From positions 355-64,354 of the forward strand of contig JAPCJS010000002.1 in the NCBI GenBank assembly GCA_027886825.1: DNA of 64,000 nucleotides. The letters are read 5' to 3'. A program made the translations under genes and the position numbers. The stretch comes from Nitrososphaerota archaeon (GTDB lineage Archaea > Thermoproteota > Nitrososphaeria > Nitrososphaerales > Gagatemarchaeaceae). Of the stretch, positions 45,543 to 53,923 are shown piece by piece. Position 1 is the stretch's first letter. Each line of letters starts with the position of its first letter. The notes beneath the pieces are model-generated. The model did no database searches and was not told where the DNA came from. It saw nothing but the letters and a program-made list of their open reading frames with translations.

Positions 45543-46350
45543 GCTGCGTCGCCTCTCTGATCTTGGCCCTGATCTCCTTCCCTCTGGAGATCGCCCACTC
45601 GGCTGCGGTGAGTATCTGCTCCTGCGTGAGGGAACCTGGTTCGCCCTTCTGGCCGGCGCAGATGTAACCCTCGTCGTCGGTGGTCAGGGTGATCCTGGCG
45701 TCCATCACCGCTTCCTCTTCGGATGTGGGGTCCGCTATGAGCGTGTTGCTTATGCTCGCCATGGTGAGAGAGACTGGGACCTTGCTCACGGGGACCGGGA
45801 CCTTCTCGCCCGTGTTCTTTACAGCGTCTCCGTCGAGCACGAACTTTGGCATGCGGGCCGTAAGCAGGGCGGAGACGACGGCGTAGCTCGTCGCATCGAA
45901 GAGGTTGCCGTCCACGTTGAGGACGTTCACGTCCACGAAGACGGCGTAGACGAACTTGCCCTCCTTGATCACGAGGCTGCTGACGTCTATCATCTCGGAC
46001 TCTCTGATGCCTCTGTCCACCACCCTCGCAAGCTCGATCGCGCTCTCGTCGGGAGGACCTGCCTCGACGTAGGATGCAGCGAGGGGGAGCACCTCGGCGC
46101 CGACGATGAGCAGCCCCTTGTCGGGCGTGTCGGGGAACGGGGTCCCCTTGTCGACCATAACACCGGCGATCACCTGAGTGTTACCCAGGCTGACCATCGC
46201 GGAGCCGTTGGCCTTCTCTATGAGGCCGGTCTGGATCTCGAGCTTCCTGACCTCGTTCAGGGATCTGCCGTCGAGCCTGGTTCCCTTGGAGAGCAGCTCG
46301 AGGAGCTGTGCCTTCCTCAGGGTCTCGACCACGTATGACTTTTGGGGCAT
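45535..46350 (-). CDS. rrp42: exosome complex component Rrp42
   Basis: RNase PH-like inactive subunit (RLDGRSLNEVR). Synteny with rrp41. Confidence 0.9.
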   Translation of the reverse strand: MPQKSYVVETLRKAQLLELLSKGTRLDGRSLNEVRKLEIQTGLIEKANGSAMVSLGNTQVIAGVMVDKGTPFPDTPDKGLLIVGAEVLPLAASYVEAGPPDESAIELARVVDRGIRESEMIDVSSLVIKEGKFVYAVFVDVNVLNVDGNLFDATSYAVVSALLTARMPKFVLDGDAVKNTGEKVPVPVSKVPVSLTMASISNTLIADPTSEEEAVMDARITLTTDDEGYICAGQKGEPGSLTQEQILTAAEWAISRGKEIRAKIREATQHA

Positions 46351-46352
46351 CT

Positions 46353-47105
46353 CTACTCGCCTACCTCCTCTGTGGTCGTCTCTACGGTTGCACCGGCGAA
46401 GTACTTTCTCAGGAGCGCCTCACGCTGGAGTTCGTAGACCTTCCTCGCGCCCTGGTTGGCCATCTCAAGAGCTTGCTTGAACTCCTCGATGGTGAAGAGA
46501 CCGTCGAGCTGAAGGAGGGTGACCTGGTTCAGGTTTGGCATGAAGGCATAGGGCATGTCGCCGGAGCCCTCCTTGTCCTCGGTGTCGTTCAGGTCCAGCA
46601 CGATCTTGCCGTCGACCTTGCCGACGGCGCATCCGACTACGAGATCGCGCATGTTGATCCCTGCGTCCGCGAGTGCCAGGGAGGCCGCCGTGATCCCGGC
46701 TACCCTGGAGCCTCCGTCGGACTGGAGCACCTCGACGTAGATCTGTATGGCCGTGCGCGGGTAGTCCTCTAGGATCAGCGCGGGCTGTATCGCCTCCCTG
46801 ATCACCTTCGATATCTCGATCTCCCTGCGCGAGGGGGCCGGGTTCTTGCGCTGGTCGACGGAGAAGGGTGCCATGTGGTATCTGCACTTTAGCACGGCCC
46901 TGTCCGCGAGCAGCATGTGCTTCGGGTGCATCTCTTTCGGGCCGTAGACCGCTGCTACTATCTTGTTCTTCCCGAACTCGATGTACGCCGACCCGTCCGC
47001 GTTCTGCAGAGTACCCACCTCAATCTTGATGGGCCTTAGTTCATCCCATCTGCGACCATCGGTGCGCAGACCGTTCTCATCGATCAGTTTCCTCTTTTCT
47101 TCCAA
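46353..47105 (-). CDS. rrp41: exosome complex exonuclease Rrp41
   Basis: [25 protein letters not shown], and RNase PH catalytic blocks. Confidence 0.95.
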   Translation of the reverse strand: MEEKRKLIDENGLRTDGRRWDELRPIKIEVGTLQNADGSAYIEFGKNKIVAAVYGPKEMHPKHMLLADRAVLKCRYHMAPFSVDQRKNPAPSRREIEISKVIREAIQPALILEDYPRTAIQIYVEVLQSDGGSRVAGITAASLALADAGINMRDLVVGCAVGKVDGKIVLDLNDTEDKEGSGDMPYAFMPNLNQVTLLQLDGLFTIEEFKQALEMANQGARKVYELQREALLRKYFAGATVETTTEEVGE

Positions 47106-47107
47106 TT

Positions 47108-47836
47108 CTATTCACCACTATTGGGCGCGCTGGGCGGAGTAGCCTGGCTGGGCTGGCCAGTCTGGTTCGACTGGGTCAGGAAAGCCTCCACCTTCTGAGT
47201 CAGGTCGGCCATGTGCGCCTCCTGTTCGATCAGGTGCACAGCCTGCACAGCCTTCACCACGCCCTCCGGGGGACCGTCAAGGACCACGAGCCCGTTCTGA
47301 CCGACCCTGATGTCGCAGTGGGTCAGGTTGCCGATCATCTTGATCATGTATCCCTTCTTGCCTATCAGCCGGGGGACCTTCGTCGGAGATATCCTCACGA
47401 GCTCGCCGTGCGGGATGAGCCCGAACCCGGGGCCCCGGATCGAGAGCTGGGGGTCCCTCGAGCGGTCGTAGGCCTCGATCTTCGCCAGCAGCATGTCCCC
47501 CACCCTGAACCTCGAGCTGAGGTCGTGAGTCGCAGGCGAGAAGTCGCGGCCGAAGACGAACTGGGCGGGTAGATACCCCAGGAAGCACGAGCCGATGTCT
47601 ATCTCCCATCCGTAACCCGTCATGTTTGAGACCTTCCCTACAACCAGGTCCTCCACGCGCGGGATGTAGGAACCTGAGAGCGGGATGACCTTCACGTCGC
47701 TCCTGACGATCTCGGCGAGACCAATGCGCAGAGCGATAAGGTCGTCACCCCTTCGCTCGACAAAGCTGCCTGGTCTATAGTCCCCACTGACGATTACGTC
47801 TCCGGGGATTACCTGTTTTCTGACTATTTCTGGCAA
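47108..47836 (-). CDS. rrp4: exosome RNA-binding subunit Rrp4 (S1 + KH)
   Basis: S1 domain ([18 protein letters not shown]) and KH domain ([15 protein letters not shown]). Confidence 0.9.
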   Translation of the reverse strand: MPEIVRKQVIPGDVIVSGDYRPGSFVERRGDDLIALRIGLAEIVRSDVKVIPLSGSYIPRVEDLVVGKVSNMTGYGWEIDIGSCFLGYLPAQFVFGRDFSPATHDLSSRFRVGDMLLAKIEAYDRSRDPQLSIRGPGFGLIPHGELVRISPTKVPRLIGKKGYMIKMIGNLTHCDIRVGQNGLVVLDGPPEGVVKAVQAVHLIEQEAHMADLTQKVEAFLTQSNQTGQPSQATPPSAPNSGE

Positions 47837-47837
47837 T

Positions 47838-48527
47838 TCATTTCACCAATGTTACCTGCGCCGACCCCTTCGTCACAGCGCCCAGCCTTTCGAGAAGGTT
47901 GGGTTGGGATGCAGCCGGTACTTCTAACACTACGGACAGTCCACCGTCCTGACCCCACTCCTCTTTAAGTATCTCGCCGAAACCCTTCAGGACGCCTATG
48001 GCCTGCCCGGCGTACTGCGCGGGTGTCCTGACGGTGAGTTTGACCCTCTCCGACTTTAGCGGGATTATCGGCCTTATCTTGTCCAGTATCTCCTTGGTCT
48101 GTTCGCTCGCGTCCTTGAAGGGGTCGATGGTGACCCTCGCATCCTGCATCGCCTGCTCTATCCTCACGGGTGGGTGCGGGAGGCTAGTTCGTGGGTCGAC
48201 GTAGCTCTTCGCTATGATCATCACGACCTGCTTCCTCTTCTCTTCTGTGAGCCTCATCCTCTGCTCCTGGGTGAGCTGGAGCTCGCCGCGCCTCAGCACC
48301 TCGAGCGCGGCCTTGGCGTGGTCCTCGGTCTTGAAGTGCTTCTTCAGCTTGTCGGCTGAGGCCCTCAGGCCCCTGGAGGAGTCGAAATAGACCTCGTCGA
48401 TCGCGAGCACCGCGGCGGGGTCCACCTGTTTGCCCATCTTGTAGTTCAGGGCGGGGTCCGGATAGACCAGTATCTCATAGTGGTCGCCGTCTATAGTCAT
48501 GCGCACGCTGGTGAACTTGTTGCTCAT
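47838..48527 (-). CDS. SBDS/Sdo1 ribosome maturation protein
   Basis: FEILVYPD-type N-terminal FYSH domain (YEILVYPDPALNYK). Conserved superoperon position. Confidence 0.9.
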   Translation of the reverse strand: MSNKFTSVRMTIDGDHYEILVYPDPALNYKMGKQVDPAAVLAIDEVYFDSSRGLRASADKLKKHFKTEDHAKAALEVLRRGELQLTQEQRMRLTEEKRKQVVMIIAKSYVDPRTSLPHPPVRIEQAMQDARVTIDPFKDASEQTKEILDKIRPIIPLKSERVKLTVRTPAQYAGQAIGVLKGFGEILKEEWGQDGGLSVVLEVPAASQPNLLERLGAVTKGSAQVTLVK

Positions 48528-48544
48528 GACCTTGCATCGGGCGG

Positions 48545-49294
48545 CTATGCGCCCTTGTTCGCTGGCTTGTCGCTTCGTGTCTTCGCGCTGGCGGCACTCT
48601 TTGCGATCTCATCCTCTGAGAGCTTTCTCATCATCTTTGATTCGGCCTCCACAACGGCCGTCTTTATGTGGGCCGTGCCCGCCTTGTCCTCGCTCACCAG
48701 ATAGATGCACTCGATCGCCAGCCTTATGCCCTCGTCGAGACTGATACCCTTGTCATAGTTCTTCTCGAGGTACTCGTTGACCTGGTCGCTCCCTGCGCCG
48801 ATCGCTATGGCGTCGAAGCTGAGATATGCGCCCGTCGGGTCTGTCAGGTAGACCACAGGTCCCCTGTTCTCGTCCACACCAGCGATTATCAGAGAGACGC
48901 CGAAAGGCCTCACTCCGGCATACTGCGTGTACTGCTGGTTGAGGTCTGCGATCCTCTTCGCCACCGTCTCGATATCGACCGGCTCCTCGTAGACCAGCTT
49001 GTTGCTCTGGGCGATGACCCTAGCGTTGTCGACCTGTATGCGAGCGTCAGGGATGTAGCCTGCGCCGACCGCGCCGATGTGGTCGTCGATCTGGAACATC
49101 TTGACGACCGAATAACCGCTCTGAAGCTTTCTCCCTCTCTCCTCAACGGCCAGGACGACGCCTTCGTTCGTCCTTACTCCTACAGCCAGGCTCCCTCTCC
49201 TTACGGTCTCAAGAGCGTACTCGACTTGGTATAGTCTGCCATCGGGCGAAAATATGGTAATCGCCCGGTCGTAACCTGCGGAAGGTGCGAACAT
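48545..49294 (-). CDS. psmA: proteasome alpha subunit
   Basis: YDRAITIFSPDGRLYQVEYA N-terminal signature. Confidence 0.95.
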   Translation of the reverse strand: MFAPSAGYDRAITIFSPDGRLYQVEYALETVRRGSLAVGVRTNEGVVLAVEERGRKLQSGYSVVKMFQIDDHIGAVGAGYIPDARIQVDNARVIAQSNKLVYEEPVDIETVAKRIADLNQQYTQYAGVRPFGVSLIIAGVDENRGPVVYLTDPTGAYLSFDAIAIGAGSDQVNEYLEKNYDKGISLDEGIRLAIECIYLVSEDKAGTAHIKTAVVEAESKMMRKLSEDEIAKSAASAKTRSDKPANKGA

Positions 49295-49462
49295 GTTCTC
49301 TAATCTCCCTAGATAGCGAGGAGGCTTTTAGGGTCGTTTTAAAGGATTCTGTCGAGCCGGAACACGACCAGGAGGCTGCGTGCCCGCCATCGGGGAGCCC
49401 AAACATTTTATCCTGAACAAGGACGCAGGCCGTGTACTGCTTTGCCGGTCCGCAGCGTCACT

Positions 49463-49843
49463 ATGCTAAGGGTGGTCGTCGACAGCGTTCTCACCTACTC
49501 GCGCAGCGCCTACCCGAGGGAGGGGATACTCCTCCTCAGGGGGAGCAGCAAGAAGGGCGACGTGCGCGTCGAGAGCGTCGTCATACCCCCCATGGCCACC
49601 CACGGGGAGGGGTTCTCGAGCTTCAGCTGGAACCTGATGCCGATCGACCTGACCTTCATCGGTGTGGCCCACTCGCATCCATCGGGCTACGCGGTGCCTT
49701 CCCACCAGGACCTCCTGCACATGATGGGGAAGATAATGGTGATCGCGGGCTACCCATACAGCGACGAGAGCTGCATCAAGGTCTACGACATACACGGCAA
49801 GCCCCTCACCTTCCAGGTCAGCGAAGAGCCGCAGCAATCTTAA
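49463..49843 (+). CDS. JAMM/MPN+ metalloprotease
   Basis: An upstream Glu (YPREGILLL) plus HSHPSGYAVPSHQD (H-x-H-x7-S-x2-D). ATG at 49463 is preferred over the TTG at 49442. Confidence 0.8.
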   Translation: MLRVVVDSVLTYSRSAYPREGILLLRGSSKKGDVRVESVVIPPMATHGEGFSSFSWNLMPIDLTFIGVAHSHPSGYAVPSHQDLLHMMGKIMVIAGYPYSDESCIKVYDIHGKPLTFQVSEEPQQS

Positions 49844-49882
49844 ATACGAAAAACCGGCATCGGCCCAGCCAGTGTAATCTCA

Positions 49883-50059
49883 GTGTCACATACGACGGGT
49901 CAGACCTGGGCGGCTCTGAAGAAATCGTGGAAGGCATACAAGATTGCAAAGGTCAAGGACGAGAAGGAGAACATGGTGGAGTACGCCAAGAGGATCCGGT
50001 CGCTCCAGAAGGAGCTCGGTGTCACGCAGTCGAGTTTCCCCGACCTGGGCCTCGTCTAG
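49883..50059 (+). CDS. unlisted 58-aa ORF (below the track length cutoff)
   Basis: GTG-start ORF VSHTTGQTWAALKKSWKAYKIAKVKDEKENMVEYAKRIRSLQKELGVTQSSFPDLGLV. G/C-ending codon usage like neighbouring genes. Fills an otherwise empty 230-bp gap. Confidence 0.4.
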   Translation: MSHTTGQTWAALKKSWKAYKIAKVKDEKENMVEYAKRIRSLQKELGVTQSSFPDLGLV

Positions 50060-50072
50060 GCGAGTACTTCTT

Positions 50073-50462
50073 CTATCTCGTCCGTTCTGGTATCATTCCG
50101 GTGGTGTAGATCGTCAGCACAGTCTCACGGAGGTTCGCGACCTGATGGAGGTCGAAGTCAGGTTCCGTCGAGATCAGCATGAAGTTCACTCCAAGATTGA
50201 AGGTGAGCATGTTCACCTTCTCCCTCTTCACGAAGGTGTACTGTATCGTCCCGAAGTACCGGTCCCACGTCTTGTCGGTTCCGATCTGGATGGTCAGGTT
50301 GGCCATCAGCCTCAGGTCCTCGCTCACCGGTTCCAGCGAGCTTATCCCCTTCCGCATGCCCCCCGCGATTACCCTTCCGGTATCGTCAAGGACGCTAGCG
50401 TAACGGATCCTTCTGTCATACTTGAATGTCTGAACACATAATTTGTCAAGTGGATACGTCAT
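50073..50462 (-). CDS. hypothetical protein with a Roadblock/LC7-like sequence pattern
   Basis: Start set at MTYPLDKL. The ASVLDDTGRVIAGG and NMLTFNLGVNFMLISTEPD pattern resembles Roadblock folds. TTTTATAT lies about 38 nt upstream on the minus strand. Confidence 0.5.
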   Translation of the reverse strand: MTYPLDKLCVQTFKYDRRIRYASVLDDTGRVIAGGMRKGISSLEPVSEDLRLMANLTIQIGTDKTWDRYFGTIQYTFVKREKVNMLTFNLGVNFMLISTEPDFDLHQVANLRETVLTIYTTGMIPERTR

Positions 50463-50727
50463 AATAGAGCCGAAGTGATGGTATGGGATGGAAGATGATA
50501 TAAAAGTTGTTGGTGCGGCCCTCTGACGCGTCCTAAAGTAGATTCGCACCTCTTCCAACGTGGTGGCGGATCGATCAGACTGCAAACTCCATCGGCTCTT
50601 TCTGCTGAGCATTGTCTTTTCTATCAGGACGCGTGGGCGTGGGAGATCCTTGTCGGTTCTGATCCTTACCAGCTGAGACTTTGCCAAAGCTGATATACAG
50701 AACGAGCGCGGAACTCCAGGCATCAAG

Positions 50728-51456
50728 ATGACCTCGAAGATTTCCAGCGGAATTGCGGGGTTGGACTCCATCCTGAAGGGCGGCATGCCCGAGGGTCGGG
50801 TCGTACTCGTTCTCGGCGAACCGGGCGCCGGAAAGACGATCCTTTGTTCCCAGTTCTTGCATCATGCTGCCGCCGGTGGCAAAGAGAGCGTCGCCTTCGT
50901 GGGGATGAACGAACCGAAGGCGCGCTTCATGACGGAGATGGCGGAGTTCGGAATGGACTTTGCCCAGCTGGAATCAGCGGGTTCCTTCTCATACCTTGAC
51001 GCTACTGCGATCAGGCGAATACCTGAGCAGGCCATGGTGGGCCGGATCCCCGTTGGAGGCAAGGAACTTGGGCTGGTCAACCTCATCGATATGATCCAGG
51101 AGACTGTCGAGAGGATGAAGCCCAAGCGGATCGTCGTGGACTCGATCTCAGATCTGATCTTCCGCTTCCCACTCATCGAAGAGCGTAGGCCGGTGGTCCT
51201 CGATCTGATCGAGACGCTGCAGTCTTCGGGTGCGACGACACTTCTTACAAGTGAGCTTCTGTCGACCGGCGATGATCGTTCTTTGCAGCCCGAGGAGTAT
51301 CTCGCAGAAGGTGTGATCCTGCTCCGCACCCTGAGGAAGGGTGTCAGGGTTCTCCAGGTCCTAAAGATGAGGGGCTCGGAGGTCGACACCGTCCAGAGAC
51401 CCTATGCGATCAAGGGCAGCGGGATAGAGGTCTACGCGACGGAAGAGATATACTAG
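50728..51456 (+). CDS. single-domain KaiC/RadA-like ATPase
   Basis: ISSGIAGLDSILKGGMPEGRVVLVLGEPGAGKT (Walker A), Walker B IVVDSIS, and the KMRGS motif. Confidence 0.85.
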   Translation: MTSKISSGIAGLDSILKGGMPEGRVVLVLGEPGAGKTILCSQFLHHAAAGGKESVAFVGMNEPKARFMTEMAEFGMDFAQLESAGSFSYLDATAIRRIPEQAMVGRIPVGGKELGLVNLIDMIQETVERMKPKRIVVDSISDLIFRFPLIEERRPVVLDLIETLQSSGATTLLTSELLSTGDDRSLQPEEYLAEGVILLRTLRKGVRVLQVLKMRGSEVDTVQRPYAIKGSGIEVYATEEIY

Positions 51457-51476
51457 GATTCGGCGCGCAGTTATGT

Positions 51477-52277
51477 GTGGCAGCCCGCGAAAAGCAGTCC
51501 GAGATCCCCGGGAAGGTCATGGACCTCCTCAAGACATCGAGGATAGGTTACCTCTCGGTCAAGTCGGAGAAGGGCGACCTCTACGCCTATCCGGTCGCTT
51601 TCTACTTCGCAGGGATGCAGGTCTATTTCATGACTCCGACGAGCGCGGCGAAGCTCCGGTTCATGAGGGCCAATCCGGACGTCTCGTTCCTCGTCGATAA
51701 CCGCGACCTCACGCTTGGCGCCTCGGGCGTGATGATGCAGGGACGGGTCAAGATCTTTAGCATAGCGAAGACAGTCGCATCGATCCTGTCGGTGGGCCCA
51801 AAGATGGCCAAGTTCTCCCGGAAATATCCGGGTATGTTCACGTTCTATGCAAAGGGAAGGGGACTGCCGGACGAGAGGAAGCTCTACAAGTACAGGCTCA
51901 TCAGGATTGAGCCGACCAAGGTCCTGTACTGGCTAGGTTACAAGTTCGGACGATACTCCACTGCGAAGGGCGAGAAGGACGACGCGCTCGCGCGCTCATC
52001 CGATGAAGAGAAGATGGAGGCGTTTGCCACTCTTCTCAGGGGAGCCGACGAGGAGTTCCCGGCTGGCAAGGCCCCGGCCCTTGGTGACGAATGGGAGAGC
52101 GAGGTCGACGCGGCGGTCGAGAAAGGGATCATCTCCGAGGAAGAGCACAGGGCCATCAGCTCGTTCAGAGACTTCCTGCGGCAGGCCGTCGAAGAGAACA
52201 AGCTCGGACCCCAGGTCACCGCCGGCGAGAAACTCCTCCTGAAGAAGTGGAAAAAATCGTCTTCGGTTGATGCATAG
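51477..52277 (+). CDS. PPOX-like split-barrel domain protein with an acidic 110-aa C-terminal extension
   Basis: IGYLSVKSEKGDLYAYPVAFYF...NPDVSFLVDN resembles the pyridoxamine 5-phosphate oxidase fold. The C-terminal half has no recognised family. Confidence 0.65.
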   Translation: MAAREKQSEIPGKVMDLLKTSRIGYLSVKSEKGDLYAYPVAFYFAGMQVYFMTPTSAAKLRFMRANPDVSFLVDNRDLTLGASGVMMQGRVKIFSIAKTVASILSVGPKMAKFSRKYPGMFTFYAKGRGLPDERKLYKYRLIRIEPTKVLYWLGYKFGRYSTAKGEKDDALARSSDEEKMEAFATLLRGADEEFPAGKAPALGDEWESEVDAAVEKGIISEEEHRAISSFRDFLRQAVEENKLGPQVTAGEKLLLKKWKKSSSVDA

Positions 52278-52513
52278 CCGAGATCTCACACGACGCGGCA
52301 AGAAATCACTCGGGATGCCGCAACGGGGCTCAAAAAATCGTTGTGCTGATTCGACAAGCGCATTCGCTCGGTGAAGGGACTGATAGGCTCCACTGGGCTT
52401 CCCAGCCGGCGAGCGAGCCAGGACCCGTCTGCGGTATTGAGGCGATTGTGTAATACCTTTGACTCGTCATTAGAAGACATGATATCGCGTAGAAGGATAC
52501 AGGTGGATAGAAA

Positions 52514-52993
52514 ATGGTGTTAGAACAGGTGCTCACCATCATCTTCGCCGCAGGCGTAGGCGCTGCAGTCATTGGGTACGCAGTAAGGCCCAGGAACAGA
52601 GGCGCATCTATCTCGGTCGGCCCTTCAGCAGGTCCCTCGGGGATCGGCTCCTTCTCACCGGCCGAGATAGTAGTGCAAGCAGCACCAATGCCACAGACAG
52701 CAGCAGTCGAGACACCAGTGGTCGAGACCTCATCTCCGGAAGTGCAGTCACTTCCGTCAGTCTCCGAGGTCGTTCCAGTGGTGGCAGAAGTAGCCGCAGC
52801 GGGACCCGTGGAGGTCGCGTCGGTCGCGATCCAGACGGTCAGCCCATCCTCTGCAGCACCGGTCTCGATCGCTGAGACTGTGGAAGCTCCCGCGACCGTC
52901 GCGGCGAGTGTGCCAAAGGCGCAGAGGAAGAGGAGCACTTCGACCAAGCCTCGTGCCAAGTCTACACGAAAGGCCAAGACGACGACGAGTTAG
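52514..52993 (+). CDS. N-terminally anchored protein with a Pro/Ala/Val/Ser-rich linker and basic tail
   Basis: TM (VLTIIFAAGVGAAVIGYAV), a low-complexity region, then KAQRKRSTSTKPRAKSTRKAK. Preferred over the antisense ORF at 52330-52977. Confidence 0.45.
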   Translation: MVLEQVLTIIFAAGVGAAVIGYAVRPRNRGASISVGPSAGPSGIGSFSPAEIVVQAAPMPQTAAVETPVVETSSPEVQSLPSVSEVVPVVAEVAAAGPVEVASVAIQTVSPSSAAPVSIAETVEAPATVAASVPKAQRKRSTSTKPRAKSTRKAKTTTS

Positions 52994-53053
52994 ACTCGGC
53001 CGCAGGACAGTGGTGGGTGGGGCGACAAGCCTTAAACCCACATCCTTTCTATT

Positions 53054-53911
53054 TTGTCCGTGAGAGAACCTCTCATAGGTTTCCATGTATCCATAGCGGG
53101 CTCGATCGACATGGCCGTCGACAGGGCACTCGAGGCGGACTGCACGGCCTTCCAGCTGTTCACGCGCAACCCCCGAGGCTGGAAGTTCAATCCTCTCCGT
53201 GACGAGGAGATCCGGGCGTTCAACGATAAGAGGTCCCGGGCGGGCTTCAAGAGGGTGGTGGTCCACATGCCCTATCTTCCCAACCTCGCGTCTCCGATCG
53301 CGTCCGTCATCAAGCAGAGCAGGGCCTCGCTGACCGCCGAGGTTGGCAGGTGCGGCGCGCTGGGCGTCGACTATGTGGTGGCGCACATCGGGTCCCACAT
53401 GGGGAAGGGATCGCTGGTCGGCGTAAGGAACGTGATAGACGCCTGCAACGAGGCGCTCGACTCGAACCCGAACTCGACCTCTATCCTGATCGAGAACACG
53501 GCAGGTCAGAAGAACAGCGTAGGGGCGAGGTTCGAGGAGCTCCGGATGATCCTCGACGGGGTAAACCAGGCGGGCAGGATCGGGGTCTGTCTCGATACGT
53601 GCCACGCCTTCGCCGCGGGGTTCGACATCTCCACCCCGACGGGGGTCGACGAGATGCTTGCGCTCTTCGAATCGAACGTTGGGCTGAGAAGGCTCAAGGT
53701 CGTCCATCTGAACGACTCGAAGGGGGTCCTCGGGTCAAACCTCGACAGGCACGAGCACATCGGCATGGGGCGGATAGGCGAGAAGGGGTTCAGGGCACTC
53801 CTGCGCCACGACAGGATTGCGCAGCTCCCTCTCCTGATGGAGACCCCCCAGGACGAGAGGAGGTCGGACGCAGAAGAGCTCGTCTACGTCAGGGCCCTCA
53901 TCACGGGCTAA
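53054..53911 (+). CDS. nfo: endonuclease IV (AP endonuclease, TIM barrel)
   Basis: GFHVS, HMPYLPNLASP, AHIGSH, IENTAGQ, CLDTCHAFAAG and HLNDS metal-ligand blocks. Confidence 0.9.
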   Translation: MSVREPLIGFHVSIAGSIDMAVDRALEADCTAFQLFTRNPRGWKFNPLRDEEIRAFNDKRSRAGFKRVVVHMPYLPNLASPIASVIKQSRASLTAEVGRCGALGVDYVVAHIGSHMGKGSLVGVRNVIDACNEALDSNPNSTSILIENTAGQKNSVGARFEELRMILDGVNQAGRIGVCLDTCHAFAAGFDISTPTGVDEMLALFESNVGLRRLKVVHLNDSKGVLGSNLDRHEHIGMGRIGEKGFRALLRHDRIAQLPLLMETPQDERRSDAEELVYVRALITG

Positions 53912-53923
53912 GATCAGCCATAC

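Noticed and set aside
52330-52977. 215-aa minus-strand ORF overlapping the 52514-52993 plus-strand ORF.
   Set aside because: Its translation is Thr/Ala/Gly-rich with scattered Cys and no anchor logic. The plus-strand product has a coherent TM-linker-basic-tail architecture, though confidence in either is modest.
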